A DNA stretch of 64,000 nucleotides from Paragordius varius (GCA_964247055.1 OZ176055.1:5146001-5210000); one strand, 5' to 3'; counted from the first letter of the stretch, positions 22,641-35,185 are shown. Notes: generated from the sequence alone by a model not told the origin. Numbers and translations: made by a program.

Positions 22641-24332
22641 GATATATATCGTAAATTAATCCATGAAATCCCAGTATGGCCAAACAATAATACCTATATT
22701 TAATTCACGAGCATAGCCGTCTGACTGTATTTAAAAAAATCGTAAACGACCCTAAGTAATATAAGGGAGTTTTTTATTTGTTCTATGCTTTAAACGGTAA
22801 TCCTGTATTAAATTTATTTAGCGTAGGCTTTTAGCCCAACAATATTCCGCTATTTTACTTGGGGCGTTATGTCACTTCTATATTGTGCGCAATCCATTTC
22901 AGAACAGCAAATAAAATTTCCATCGTTGGTGTAGCTTTAAAAGGGCCTACGTTTTTAAATACTACAATGTCTGCAGTCATCCCACTCAAATGGCGAGAGA
23001 TCGTTATCAATAAAACACTGAACAACAAATTTTGACTTTTTTGAGTGGTATTCTTGTAAATTTAAAATTTATTTCATTTAACTATATAAATAGTATATCT
23101 GGGAAAAACTAACACCTAACAATTTTTTTGATAATTTTTGGCCCCGATTTAACATTAAACTCGATATTTAAAATTAAAAGTTTATATAGAGCCATGTATT
23201 TTATATGATTGAAAGAGCGCGAAAAACAATCTGAATCGTAGTTAGTCATTTAAATCAATCTGATGTAAATTTGGGCTTTATATGTCTTTTTACTCCCTAA
23301 AATAAGTCAAATTTTTACAGACAAACTAAAAAATATATAGTTATTTTAATTTAATTATTACTGTTGCATTAGTATAAAATTTAAAGATCTTTGAAAAAGC
23401 TTTTAATTTGCTTTTTTAATAAAAATTTTATTATCATAATTATTTTACTTAGTGGATTCTAATGCAAGTATAACTGTAAATTTATTACATAATGGCTATA
23501 AAAGATTAAGAATATTTAAACTAAATTTCTAGTCTGAATATATAAGCCTTCTAAATAATAATTTATATTGATATGGTGGTAATTTTTAAAAAATTAAAAA
23601 TGGCTGTTTTGAATGACATAAAAGCAATAAATGTTTTAATTTAAAAACTTTTTTGTTTAGCCTTTTTAGACATTCATTGCCATCTACACAAAGTTATCCA
23701 TTTGTAAAAATATATTAATTAAGAAAAACGCTCTTTCGTGGGATCGCTTACTTCCAATATTAACCATTGATGTAAAAGATAAATTTCATTCAGTTTTCAT
23801 TATTCTTTTGAATGATATATTATAAATGGGCATTTGTTGAACGTTTCCAAAAAAACATTTTTTAAATTTGATAAAGAGGCGCATAATAAAAAATTAAATT
23901 ATATAAAATTCTTAGGTGGAATTATAATTTTTATTTCGATATTTTGTTAAAATGATAGTCAATATCATGCGAAAATTTCTAGTGGTAGAAAAATTTGTTG
24001 TCTAGTATGGACGCTTCGATACATTTATAACCCGATAAAATGCAAGAAAAGGTTTGTTAGGTGTAAGTTTAACGAAATTAATTATTGTGGTAAATGAGAG
24101 ATTTATTTTATAGGAATTAACATATAAATTATTTTTTATTGCATTTATTAAATAAATATGATTTTTTAAGGACAAATGCTTCTTGGAATAAAGAAGAAGT
24201 TTATGTGAGAATTCAAGTTTTATGATGAATTCCAGAAACAAGATATATAAGAAGTGTTTTTTCAGGGCGGACTGGATATTGGGATGTTTATAACTACGAA
24301 AAACGCTTGATAATATATTATTCATATGACAC

Positions 24333-24625
24333 TGTTATGCAAATCTGAAAGATATACTTTATTTTTATAATATTTTTCTGTGTTATATGCAAATGTGAAA
24401 TACATACTTTGGTTATATATCATAACTTTCACCGTTATTTGAATTGTATTATTTTTTATATTTTTTGTGTTATATGTAAATATATAACCTTTGTTACTTG
24501 AAATTTTATTGATATAATGCAAATCATGGACAGTTAAAATTGCTATATATACACCTTAAAAAACCAAATAAATAATTCAGTTCATTTCACATTTCTTTTA
24601 TTATCTCTTATCTTAAAAGATAACA
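24333..24625 (+). repeat. 5' LTR
   Basis: 293 bp with TG...CA ends and the terminal inverted repeat TGTTAT/ATAACA. Confidence 0.97.
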
Positions 24626-24626
24626 T

Positions 24627-24634
24627 TGGTGGCA
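24627..24634 (+). promoter_or_regulatory. Primer-binding site (TGGTGGCA), probably tRNA-Leu
   Basis: Begins one base after the LTR end and is complementary to a tRNA 3' end ...UGCCACCA, as in animal tRNA-Leu(AAG/UAG). The tRNA identity is an inference. Confidence 0.65.
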
Positions 24635-24691
24635 ATTCGAGTACCGAACTAAGCTAGTGCCAGTGGAGGTCTTACTGATACCCAATCGAAC

Positions 24692-27175
24692 ATGACAACG
24701 CCAATCAATCTCGCTAACCTATGCATCGAAAAATATAATGATAATATTAAGTTTGAGGAATACGTTGAGTATATGACAAATGTTATGGAGGCAAAAGATA
24801 TCCCTGTAACAGAACAAGCCCTCAAAACAACCTTGCTTGCGTATGGAGGTCTAATGGTGGTACGCAAAATCAACCAACGACTCTATCCGAAAAAGATAAA
24901 AGATGCAGAATGGACCGAGATAATGGCAACGGGTTTAAAGGTATTCAATCCCACAAAGTCGAAATTTCAAAGCAGATTTGAGTTTTTTCGACTTGTGCGG
25001 AACAACACCGAATCGTTTACCCAATTTCTAGAACGGGTAAAAATCGCAGCCGAAGAGGCAAAATTTAAGGATTCAATAGAGGAACGGATTCGGGATGCCT
25101 TCGTCATTGGGTTACGGCAACCACAATTGGAAATTGACATACATTCAAGGTATCCCGATGCCGAGATCAACGGACAACCCGTGCCTCTAGAAACGATAGT
25201 GGATCTCGCACTAGCACACGAGGCTGCCAGGGCTGGCCTTCATAACAATAATGATAATACCAATTATAACAATGGTAATAATTTAAATCGATTACAGCAC
25301 ACCAATAATAATAATAATAAGGCCATGCGTTCACGACAGCCCACAGCAAAACCCCTAACACATTCGTGCAATCGTTGTGGTAATAGCCATGGACCAAACA
25401 AATGTCCTGCCTGGAACCGCAATTGCAATAAATGCGGAAAACCTCATCACTTCGCAAAAATGTGTAGATCAAAAAACACTGCCAAAAATTTGTTCAACCG
25501 CCAGATCCATAGAAAAGCAATGCCAACCTCACCATGGACCGTAAAAATAATGATAAACACAGAACAAACGTTTATCTATGATACTGGAGCTGACATCAGT
25601 GTTATCAGCTTTGACACCTGGAAACAAGTTGGCAAGCCAAATATTAGACCCATACCGCCAGTAAAAGCCTACAATAATAGCATAGTACCTCTACTGGGCG
25701 TAACAACAGTCACAGTGCAAATCAATGGGCAAAACTTGGGGAACGCAGAATGTTGTGTATTGAAAGAAAAAATGTCAAAGGCACCGCTCATTTGTGGCTT
25801 GGATTGGATCACGAGATTTAACATCGACATTCCTAAAGTACGAATTAACTTTCTTAAACTTGATAAAATTATTGAAAATTTCCCTAATCTATTTAAAGAG
25901 GAATTAGGTTGTTACATTGAGCCAGTTACAATTCATATAGCACCCAAGGCCTCCCCCAAAGTTTGGCCTTGCCGCCGAGTACCGTTTCCCCTAAGAGCAA
26001 AAGTTGAAAATGAATTACTAAGATTACAAAAGTTAGACATTCTGGAGCCTATAGATCCCAACCTTACACCGCTGACATGGGCCACGCCCACCGTTAATGT
26101 GCTCAAAGCGAATGGAGAGGTAAGAATTTGCAGCGATTTTAGAGTTACCATCAACAAGTGGCTCACTGAGGACTCTCATATCATTCCAACGTTTGATGAT
26201 TTAGTGAGTAAGATTGGCGAAGGCCAAGTTTTCACTAAGATTGACTTGAAAGATGCCTATCTACAAATGCCCATAACCAAAGAATCACAAGATCTCTTGA
26301 CAATTGCGACTCACAAAGGATTTTTTCGCTACAAAAGGATGCCTTTCGGACTGTCAACAGCACCAATAATTTTCCAACGAGTCATGGACCAGGTTATAAA
26401 AGATTGTCCCGGCACTTGTGCATATTTAGATGATGTTTTAGTAACTGGCAAATCTGAAGAGGAACATTTAATAAATCTTAATAATGTTTTAAATCGGTTA
26501 GAATTAGCAGGTTTTAGATTAAGAAAAGATAAAATAAAAATTGGTGAACCTTCAGTAAGTTATCTGGGATTTGAAATAAGTAATAAAGGTATAAGTCCTT
26601 GCAAGAATAAAGTAAAAGCAATCAATGATTTTAAAAAACCTGTGAATAAAAAATCTTTAAGAAGTTTTCTAGGATTTTTGACGTTTCAGGAAAGATTTAT
26701 ACCCAAGCTTCAATTGATTGTAAGTGATTTACATAGTTTAACAAGTAAGAACGTCAGATGGAACTGGTCGGAAAAACACGAGAATTGTTGGAAAGCCGCT
26801 AAGGAATTATTAAGTGAACAAGTATTTTTAACACCATACAATCCGGATAGAAAGTTAGTAATTGAAACCGATGCCTCAGATATAGGGTTTGGATGTATTT
26901 TAAGTCATGTTGTAAATGGTGAAAGGAAACCCATTGCCTATGGTTCAAGAAAATGTAGTACCGCAGAATCGAACTACTCCACGATAGAAAAGGAATTAAA
27001 GGCTATTGTTTTTGCATTAGAAAAGTTCCACAACTTCATTTATGGTAGAAAGTTTGAAATTTTGACAGACCACTTACCACTTGTTAGGTTAATAAATAGG
27101 GATAGAAATTTGAAAGAAATTCAAAATGCGAAAGTTTTAAGATGGGTGAACCGTTTGAATGATTATGGACTTTGA
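24692..27175 (+). CDS. Gag-protease-RT-RNase H polyprotein (ORF1, 827 aa)
   Basis: Zinc knuckles CNRCGNSHGPNKC and CNKCGKPHHFAKMC, protease YDTGADIS, RT YLQMP/MPFGL/YLDD, RNase H ETDAS...EKEL...TDH. Confidence 0.95.
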   Translation: MTTPINLANLCIEKYNDNIKFEEYVEYMTNVMEAKDIPVTEQALKTTLLAYGGLMVVRKINQRLYPKKIKDAEWTEIMATGLKVFNPTKSKFQSRFEFFRLVRNNTESFTQFLERVKIAAEEAKFKDSIEERIRDAFVIGLRQPQLEIDIHSRYPDAEINGQPVPLETIVDLALAHEAARAGLHNNNDNTNYNNGNNLNRLQHTNNNNNKAMRSRQPTAKPLTHSCNRCGNSHGPNKCPAWNRNCNKCGKPHHFAKMCRSKNTAKNLFNRQIHRKAMPTSPWTVKIMINTEQTFIYDTGADISVISFDTWKQVGKPNIRPIPPVKAYNNSIVPLLGVTTVTVQINGQNLGNAECCVLKEKMSKAPLICGLDWITRFNIDIPKVRINFLKLDKIIENFPNLFKEELGCYIEPVTIHIAPKASPKVWPCRRVPFPLRAKVENELLRLQKLDILEPIDPNLTPLTWATPTVNVLKANGEVRICSDFRVTINKWLTEDSHIIPTFDDLVSKIGEGQVFTKIDLKDAYLQMPITKESQDLLTIATHKGFFRYKRMPFGLSTAPIIFQRVMDQVIKDCPGTCAYLDDVLVTGKSEEEHLINLNNVLNRLELAGFRLRKDKIKIGEPSVSYLGFEISNKGISPCKNKVKAINDFKKPVNKKSLRSFLGFLTFQERFIPKLQLIVSDLHSLTSKNVRWNWSEKHENCWKAAKELLSEQVFLTPYNPDRKLVIETDASDIGFGCILSHVVNGERKPIAYGSRKCSTAESNYSTIEKELKAIVFALEKFHNFIYGRKFEILTDHLPLVRLINRDRNLKEIQNAKVLRWVNRLNDYGL

Positions 27176-28613
27176 ACTTAGTTATCAGGCGGGTCCCAAA
27201 AATAGAGCTGATTACTTATCAAGATGTCCCAGTGATGATAATGTCGACACAATCGATAGAGATTACATGGTAACTAGATATCTTAGGTTTCTTAATTGTC
27301 ATAACGTTCAGTTAAGTCGCGATGAAATTCGGAGAGAAACGGTTAAAGATAAAATTTTGCAGAAAGTAATTAAGGCGATTCATAACCAAGATTGGAGTGA
27401 TGTTGAGTTGGCTGGGTTTACGAATCGGAAGGGAGAGATTTCGTACCAATACGGATTGCTCAGTTTAAACGATCGAATTATCATTCCAGAAAGCTTACAG
27501 TCAAATGTGGTCAACTACTTACACAGCGAGCACAATAACGTAGAAACAATGAAAGCAATGGCAAGGTTTACTTGTTTTTGGCCAAAATTAGAGAACGATT
27601 TGGTAAGAAGATACAGTGAGTGTAGTTCATGTCAAATAAACAAGCCAAGCCTAGTTGAAAATCCGACTTATCATCGGGATCCAAATGCTGCGATATGGGA
27701 GCGGTTACACATCGATATAGCGGGACCAGTTGACGGGTATTATTGGTTGTTACTGATTGATAGCTCATCAAAATGGTCGGAAGGGTTCATGTTAAAACGG
27801 GTTAATTCGGTAAACATATTGCATAAACTCGAGGAAACCTTTGCCAGGTTTGGGTTTCCGAGGACGGTTATTAGTGATAATGCTTCTTATTTTAGTAATT
27901 CGTACTTCACATCCACTCTAACAAACTTGGGTATTAAACACGTGAGGGTAACCCCCTATCATCCTAAAAGTAATGGGATGGTAGAAAGGTTAGTGGGGAC
28001 CCTCAAGGGCAAGTATAGAAAAATCAAAAATGATAATATTTCACCACAAGAAGCCTTCAATACCACTCTATGGTCGTATCGTAATTCAATACATGCGACT
28101 ACAAAAGAAACCCCGTTTCAACTACTCTTCAAACGAGTATCTCAAACACCCCTCACCTGGATCAACACAAAAGCAACAATCTTAGACGCACCCCGTCCAC
28201 GCCGTGAATTCTCAATAAACCAACCCGTAATGATGAGAAACGAACAAAATTTTGGATGGCGAGCCGGCGATGTTGTTGATAGAACGGGTCTCCTTTCGTA
28301 CAGTGTGTGGGATCAGGTAAACCAGAAGATTGTCAGAAAGCATGCAGATCAGTTGAAACACGTAGACCTACCGGCCGACTCAACCGCACCAAACAATAGT
28401 AATGATAGTAATATAGACAATAACAATAATAATAATGATAGTAGTATTGATAATAATAACAATAGTAATGACAATAATGATGATAAAATAAATGATAATA
28501 ATAATGAAAGTAGCAATGATAACAATAATAATAATAATGACAATATCAATGCAAATCCGCACGAGCGTCGTTACCCCGAGAGAATTCGGCGGAAGCCGGT
28601 CCGGTTCTCTTAA
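27159..28613 (+). CDS. Integrase part of pol in the +1 frame (484 aa), with Asn-rich C-terminal tail
   Basis: DFELSYQAGPKNRADYLSR (RH-IN linker), HHCC finger HSEH...CSSC, DDE residues in HIDIAGP / SDNAS / NGMVER, and terminal RRYPERIRRKP. Confidence 0.93.
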   Translation: MIMDFELSYQAGPKNRADYLSRCPSDDNVDTIDRDYMVTRYLRFLNCHNVQLSRDEIRRETVKDKILQKVIKAIHNQDWSDVELAGFTNRKGEISYQYGLLSLNDRIIIPESLQSNVVNYLHSEHNNVETMKAMARFTCFWPKLENDLVRRYSECSSCQINKPSLVENPTYHRDPNAAIWERLHIDIAGPVDGYYWLLLIDSSSKWSEGFMLKRVNSVNILHKLEETFARFGFPRTVISDNASYFSNSYFTSTLTNLGIKHVRVTPYHPKSNGMVERLVGTLKGKYRKIKNDNISPQEAFNTTLWSYRNSIHATTKETPFQLLFKRVSQTPLTWINTKATILDAPRPRREFSINQPVMMRNEQNFGWRAGDVVDRTGLLSYSVWDQVNQKIVRKHADQLKHVDLPADSTAPNNSNDSNIDNNNNNNDSSIDNNNNSNDNNDDKINDNNNESSNDNNNNNNDNINANPHERRYPERIRRKPVRFS

Positions 28614-28621
28614 GGGGGAAG
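28612..28621 (+). promoter_or_regulatory. Polypurine tract
   Basis: AAGGGGGAAG lies immediately upstream of the 3' LTR. Confidence 0.85.
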
Positions 28622-28624
28622 TGA

Positions 28625-28917
28625 TGTTATGCAAATCTGAAAGATATACTTTATTTTTATAATATTTTTCTGTGTTATATGCAAATGTGAAATACATACT
28701 TTGGTTATATATCATAACTTTCACCGTTATTTGAATTGTATTATTTTTTATATTTTTTGTGTTATATGTAAATATATAACCTTTGTTACTTGAAATTTTA
28801 TTGATATAATGCAAATCATGGACAGTTAAAATTGCTATATATACACCTTAAAAAACCAAATAAATAATTCAGTTCATTTCACATTTCTTTTATTATCTCT
28901 TATCTTAAAAGATAACA
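28625..28917 (+). repeat. 3' LTR
   Basis: Identical by eye to 24333-24625 and followed by the TSD GACAC. Confidence 0.97.
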
Positions 28918-31900
28918 GACACAATAACCGAATCTTAATTAGATTGGTTCAGAAATTATTAACATACTGCTTGCTTCTGAATACTGTCATTGATGGCCAT
29001 AAGCCAATGATAACTTAATGTATATTGAACTAAATATAAATTAAAATAAACGAAATTAAAATAGCTGTTATTAATATAATGTTATATGACAAGCAAAAAG
29101 TGAAAAGTTTTTTATAATAATGTATTCTAAGACTTTGACTGATTATTTTGAGAAGCGGTCCCAAAATAATTGTCCTAATTTAATTGGTTTCACCACGTGT
29201 CCGGACTCCTTTTTTGCGGTCCGTTTTAGTGTGATATTCTTAATCAGCAGTGGGTCGCATTTTTTTAATTTTTACCTGCAAACTTCCTAAGCTATTACAA
29301 CATATCACCATATGTGACATCCTCATCAGATGCAATATCAATATCTCTCAATTAATATTTGAATTCAAGGATGCCCTATGTGCAACCTTTTCCATGCTTA
29401 TTATTGTGACTAAATGTTTTGTATATATTCACAAATTTTGGGATGTTACGGTAATTGACATAAATTGTGTGTATTTAAATTTTTAACATTATCGTTACAC
29501 GGAATTTTAAGTGTTTTTATATATTTTTTGTTACAAAACTCTTCCTGATATACCATTCATATTGACATATTTTCTCATTTGTTTCCATTTTAATTAATTA
29601 TATTTATACATCTTAAGAATGCTTATTTTTCAGCATTTCATAAAGAAAACTTTTCATATACCTACCCTCATCACTATTGGTAGTTTACTAAGCATTTTGA
29701 TACAAACAGAAACTGTCATCACTAAGTTTCATTAAAGAGTGCATACAAAAATATTTTGAGGTTTATATCTTTTTTGATGGATATATGAGGATTCTTATGG
29801 ACCTTTTAGTTTTAAAGCTTATGGCCATTTAAAGCAATTTTCACTTTTGTAGTAGTTACATATTCAAGAGTCGCAAAATTAACATATTTTATTTAATAAA
29901 AATGTTTGGCTACAAGTTCATTAATTATATTTAAAAAGTAAAACATATATTAAATCTTGATTTTCATCCGGACCCCGTAAGTCTTAAATTTTTTGAATGG
30001 GAAAAAGTGCCGAATCGCGCAATAACAATTTTTATTATTTGCTAGAATATAACATCAAAATAGGTTATTTTAGAAAATGCATAATTTGATCAAAATATTA
30101 ACAAAGTTTTGGTGAAGCCTCTAAAAGTCGATGCTGCTGGAATATCACCTTAGAATTTTAATTGAAAGATCTGCTTGCTTTCCAGTTTAGGTAAAACTTT
30201 CAAAAGTGCGGAAATTTTGTGCAATCGTACACTTTGCCAATAAGTTTATACTGTAATAATAGATTTTTTGGCTATTAAATGCCAAATATTAGTAAATTGA
30301 ATATTTTTAATTTGCTGACAGTACAAAAGTTGTGCAGTTTAAACAAAAATTGATAAACCTCTATTCTAAAAATAGCTCATTAGGTAAAGTGACCAGATAG
30401 GCTGTTTTTCGCAGTACAGTACTGGGTTTTCGAAAAAAAAACCGCGCCTGTACTGCGCTGACTTTTGTATTGCTTTTGGAAATAAATTTTTTTATATGTC
30501 TTAATTACCTTTTATTTAAAGAATTTTTTTTGTAGAATTTGATAGAGTACCCTTTGTTAAAATAAATAATTCCTTTTGCGGTAAAAAGTATAGCCTTTTT
30601 AGAATTTTAATTTTCTGCATATACATTTAATTGGGTTTTGGACCCGTCAAATCGCTTATGAATGCACCGATTTGCGCAGTGGCGGAACTATAAATATCAG
30701 ACTCCAGATTTAGGCTAATGACCCTTTCACTCCGGGCTTTCGCAAAAACGATTTTATATTTAAAATAAATACAAAATAAATTTATATTTAGGAATTTGAT
30801 CAAGTTTTGTAAATTCATTTTTGTTTCATATATGTTTCAGTATAATAAAATTTTGTTTGAGTTTACTTTAATTATAATTATTAAACGGAAAATTTTTAAA
30901 ATTAATTCCGTAACATATTATTCTTAAAATTCATTATATTTAGCTTATAATTTCGATATAACCTTTTTTCGTAAGAAAAAATTAATATTTTAAGTTTTAT
31001 ATTTGCATAAGGTGGGAATGATATATCTTAATTTTTTACTTCCCTCAATTTTAATTTTTAGACAATTTTCTTATTCATTTATTTTTACCTAAACAAATTT
31101 TAGACTTAGTGTAATTTTGACACACACACACACACATAACAAATATTTTTTACCAATTCTTTTCTTTTAATTTTCTTTTCCGTCCCTTGGCGTTTTATGA
31201 GGCGTTACAACAAATTTAATATTTAATTATAAATTTTTCAATTATTGGTATTATTTGTTCGTTTTTGGCTATTATCACTCATAAATTGTTTATATTAAAC
31301 TCAAAAATAGAATTGGAATAAAATCCAAAATTTTAAGCCAAAATCGAATGGAACTGGACCGAAACTAAAACGGTGTGGGTTCCAATCCCTGATTGAAAAA
31401 TAAATTTATTTGTTGGATATTTTCAATTGTTTCTAATGAGCTTTTAAGCAAAAAATAGGCAAAGTATTTAATTTTGTACTGCGTCAGGGTTATAAATATC
31501 TGGTCACATTATCATTAGGTCATTTACCATTAAAATGTTTAAATTTTTGCGCTGGAAACTATAAAATTATCAATAGCAAATGATTCTAATATTTTTTTAA
31601 ATTTTAGTGTATCAATGTTTTGTAAGTCCAATTTTTTTTATATCAATTCTCATCATTTCAGTTAAATATAATTTTTAACAGTCCTAAAGGTTGAACCCAA
31701 ATGCTTGATACAAATTTTAAATATGTCCGTTTTAATTAAAATAGTAAATGATAACATATGTATTTCAAAAATTTTATAAATTAATATCAAATATTTAAGA
31801 GCTAAAAAATAAAATTTTTAGCGATAGAATCTTCATCGGCAGCTAATGATTTAGAAAAAGGATTAAAATTTTATACCACAATATTATAAATAGCCTTTAT

Positions 31901-33419
31901 GATTTGCCTTTTTTGTTTTAAAAGCAACCTATCTTTTAAAAAAAAAAGAATATATTTTGGCGTCATTAGCACATATTAAAATTTATTGCGCATTTAGGCT
32001 CCTTCATTAATATTAATGAAGCTTATTTAGAGAGTAAACAAGTACCCTGTCACGCGTTGCTGTGACATAGTCGACAATATCATTAATCAATTGATAAAAT
32101 TTATTTTATGCAATCAAATATTAATGCATATAGATACAATTTTTTGTTTAGATGTGTAATTTTATAAAAAAGGACCTTAAGCACTGACCTTTATAAATTT
32201 GGCCGTGGACAGTAATAGATAATTGATTTTTGTCTTTATACGGGAACCTATGCATTATTGAGTTACATAGGTTTTCTAAAAATTATATTCAGAGTTATTA
32301 ATTTAATATGTTCTTATCTTTTATACTGATAGATAAAACTTCTACTAATTTGTTATAGTCTCATATTACAAAAATTGCTTCAAAAATTTTTTGTAAAAAA
32401 TGTCATTTTACGAGGAAACCGGCTTAATACGGGATGGATTTAAAAAAGATGAGCCGTGTCTGGCGCCTTTGTTAAAAGATGAACATGATTGTTTTGAATG
32501 ACCTTATCAGGAATATTCCAATTAAATTTTTCAGGACTTATTTTAAAACTCCTATTTTACGCACGGGTAAGGCTTAAATTGATGATGATGGATATCTCTT
32601 AGTTTGTAACAAACTCTGGAGCAAATAATTTTTTGAAGTGGGATATGTTTAGGTTTAATATGATACCGAGCATATATACTTATAGGACCATACTTCAAAT
32701 AATGTCACCCACAGAGCAAGTATAACAAATCAAACCGTAATTGAATTTGGGACCTACACGATTTTCGGGAAATTGCTTTATAGGTAATATTTTATAAACC
32801 CATACTTTTACACTAGTGTGCATAAATAGAATGCCTAATATATAAATAGCCCAGTCATCGTATTTAAAATTTATCACCACTTTTAAATTTAAATACATTT
32901 TCCAAAAAAATGTTTCAAGGCTAATATATAAAATTTATATATTTTCTAATAGACAAGTTACAGTATCAGAATTTCATCTCAACATTTGAATACCACACAT
33001 CATTTGATTCATCTGATTCAAATTGGTGTTTTGGGTACCCCAGGCCTGTTTAAAAAGAAATATTTAAAATATGAAACAAATTAAAACCATTCCAAAAGTT
33101 GGCACTTATTTAACATTTATGCACCAAATTATAAAAAAGATACAATTGAAAAAAACTTTTTATTAATTATTTTAGAGTAAACCTCAAAATAAAAATTTGA
33201 TCAAAATTACATTTTTGCATTAGTTAAATCAAAATAAACCACTTTTTGGTTTATATGTAGAGATTCTAATAAAAATTACCTCTTAAATCATTTTTTGTTT
33301 CCATCATGCCTCAAACTACTATGAAGTACGCTTCACAAAAGTTTGCTAATAAAATTTTGAAAAAAGTATGCATTTTTTAAACTATTTTTTGATGTCTTAG
33401 TATATATAAAAAAACTCCA

Positions 33420-33760
33420 GCAATCCCGGTGTCGGGTTTAATTTAAGGAAACTAGCCCATTTTAGAAGAGCGAAAAAATTTGGGACTTTCGGAGCTTACA
33501 TCAATTAAATTTTTTAAAAATATTATTTTACTTTTTATATGTAGTTTATAATGTATTTTAGTGATTTTTTTTGGAAAGAAGTATATAGCTACATCAAAAA
33601 AATATTTAAACAAATGTCACAAAGTTTGTCATTTTCTGATACGGAAAATATACCACAATAACATAAATATTTTTTTATATCACACGTAAGGCCAAAACCA
33701 AAAGTACCATGATAATCCTGATACCTTTTCCTAATATATATTTTTTACCAGGTTACTTTT
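33420..33760 (+). mobile_element. MITE family B right-arm fragment
   Basis: CTAGCCCATTTTAGAAGAGCGAAAAAATTTGGGACTTTCGGAGC and TTTTCTGATACGGAAAATATACCACAA match 60040-60215. Confidence 0.6.
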
Positions 33761-35185
33761 TTGTTTACGCGGTAGTTAGGCGATTGTGTTTTTTAAAGAT
33801 ATTTTAACTAACTCAGATTTTTGGCCAATCCTAATAAAATGGCAGAAAATGAAAATAAAATGTGTCTTTCGATATGTGGTACCATTCATACAATCAATAA
33901 TATCAACTAATTTCAACTTGAATGAACAATTAGTATTTATTGGCATTAGTACAATCTATATCCCTAACAAATTAGGCGAATGAGCTTCTTGAAACTAGCC
34001 AAAATAAATAATAACGGGGTAAAATGGAATTAAGAGTTTAAGAAAATTAATTTATTCAAAAAAGTTTGATATCAACTGGCTGGTATCTTAAAATATTTTT
34101 AGCCAGGCCAAAATTAAAAATATGCTTTCTTTAGCCTTTAATACAGAAATATTTTTAAAGTGTATCATCCCAAACTTTTCCGCCGTCATTTTTTTTTCCT
34201 TATTTATTTTATGTCGCTAATATAAACGGCAAATAAATGTTTATTATAATAGTTGATCTATTATACTTTTGGAGAGCTTTTATATTCGCCAGATATTTTT
34301 GATATTTATTTATATATTTTAATATCAGCTGTTTCAAACATGTGCAGCTATCTTTATTTGGGCTGTAGTTAAAAACTGTAGAATTCTTCTATGTTTCATA
34401 GATGGCTATAATGCTTAAATAACCAAAACAACTTTTAAAACAATTTAATTATTACTTAAGGGTAGAAAACTCCTCCAAAACTTCATAACATTTTTAGTTT
34501 TTTATTCATTTATAAAATTTTTAGGCAGATTTTTGTAAACTACATTTTAAAAATGGCGTACAAGTAATTTGATACGTTTTTTCCAAAACTCAATTTTATT
34601 TAGATATTTGGGCCTATTTATATAATTTTATTAGGATAGAAGAATGAATTAAAATTGGAACCGTTTTTAGCAGTTTTCTAAAAATATTAGTTTTAATATT
34701 GTCTGGGGTATTTTTTGAATCGAAGTGTTAAGCATAAAGTGAATGGTTTTTAAGTTTAATTTAACATTGAATACACATTCATTTCAGTCCTTCGATTCAA
34801 ATTTGCGTAGTTAGATACCCCAGGCTTGTTTAAAATTAAATACTTGAAAAAATATCAAAGATCGAAACCATAACATAGTTTGCATTTATATAAAATTAAT
34901 GAACCGAAATATAATAAAAAATTCATTCGAAAATATTTTATTAATGTTAAGCTAAAACTCAAAGGTAAAAATTTCATTACATGTGTGCATTAGCTAAATA
35001 TAAAAATATTAAAAATAAACTATTTATTTAATGTTAGATGTGATTTAAATAAAAAATTAGCTTTAATTTCAGCTTTAACATTAAATATACACGATATTTT
35101 GAATTTGTAAAATAAATTGATATGGAACTTTTTTTTTAATTTTTATTTAATTATTTCGGCATATATAATATTTATTGGGATAGAT

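Larger units (their letters stand above)
24333..28917 (+). mobile_element. Full-length Ty3/gypsy LTR retrotransposon, Mag-like clade, very recent insertion
   Basis: LTRs at 24333-24625 and 28625-28917 (293 bp, TGTTAT...ATAACA, identical by eye). 5-bp TSD GACAC (24328-24332, 28918-28922), PBS after the 5' LTR and polypurine tract before the 3' LTR. Domain order is gag-PR-RT-RH-IN. A CX2CX3HX4C plus CX2CX4HX4C knuckle pair is typical of Mag elements. Confidence 0.97.
24002..29029 (-). pseudogene. Candidate host coding exon(s) disrupted by the LTR retrotransposon; product unknown
   Basis: Removing the element and one TSD gives an exon at 28968-29029 (QYTLSYHWLMAINDSIQKQA), a 34-nt GT-AG intron (28934-28967), then IRLLC|HMNNILSS... 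continuing open through the 107-codon ORF at 24002-24325. No family was recognised. Confidence 0.4.

Noticed and set aside
22850-23030. Minus-strand peptide EILFAVLKWIAHN resembling a BACK domain
   Set aside because: A single short motif with no BTB or Kelch exons found nearby is not enough support.
24649-28814. Antisense ORFs within the LTR element (including poly-Leu/Ile ORFs at 28349-28814 and LTR-spanning ORFs)
   Set aside because: These are shadows of the sense ORF, the AAT repeats and the duplicated LTR. There is no env-like ORF.
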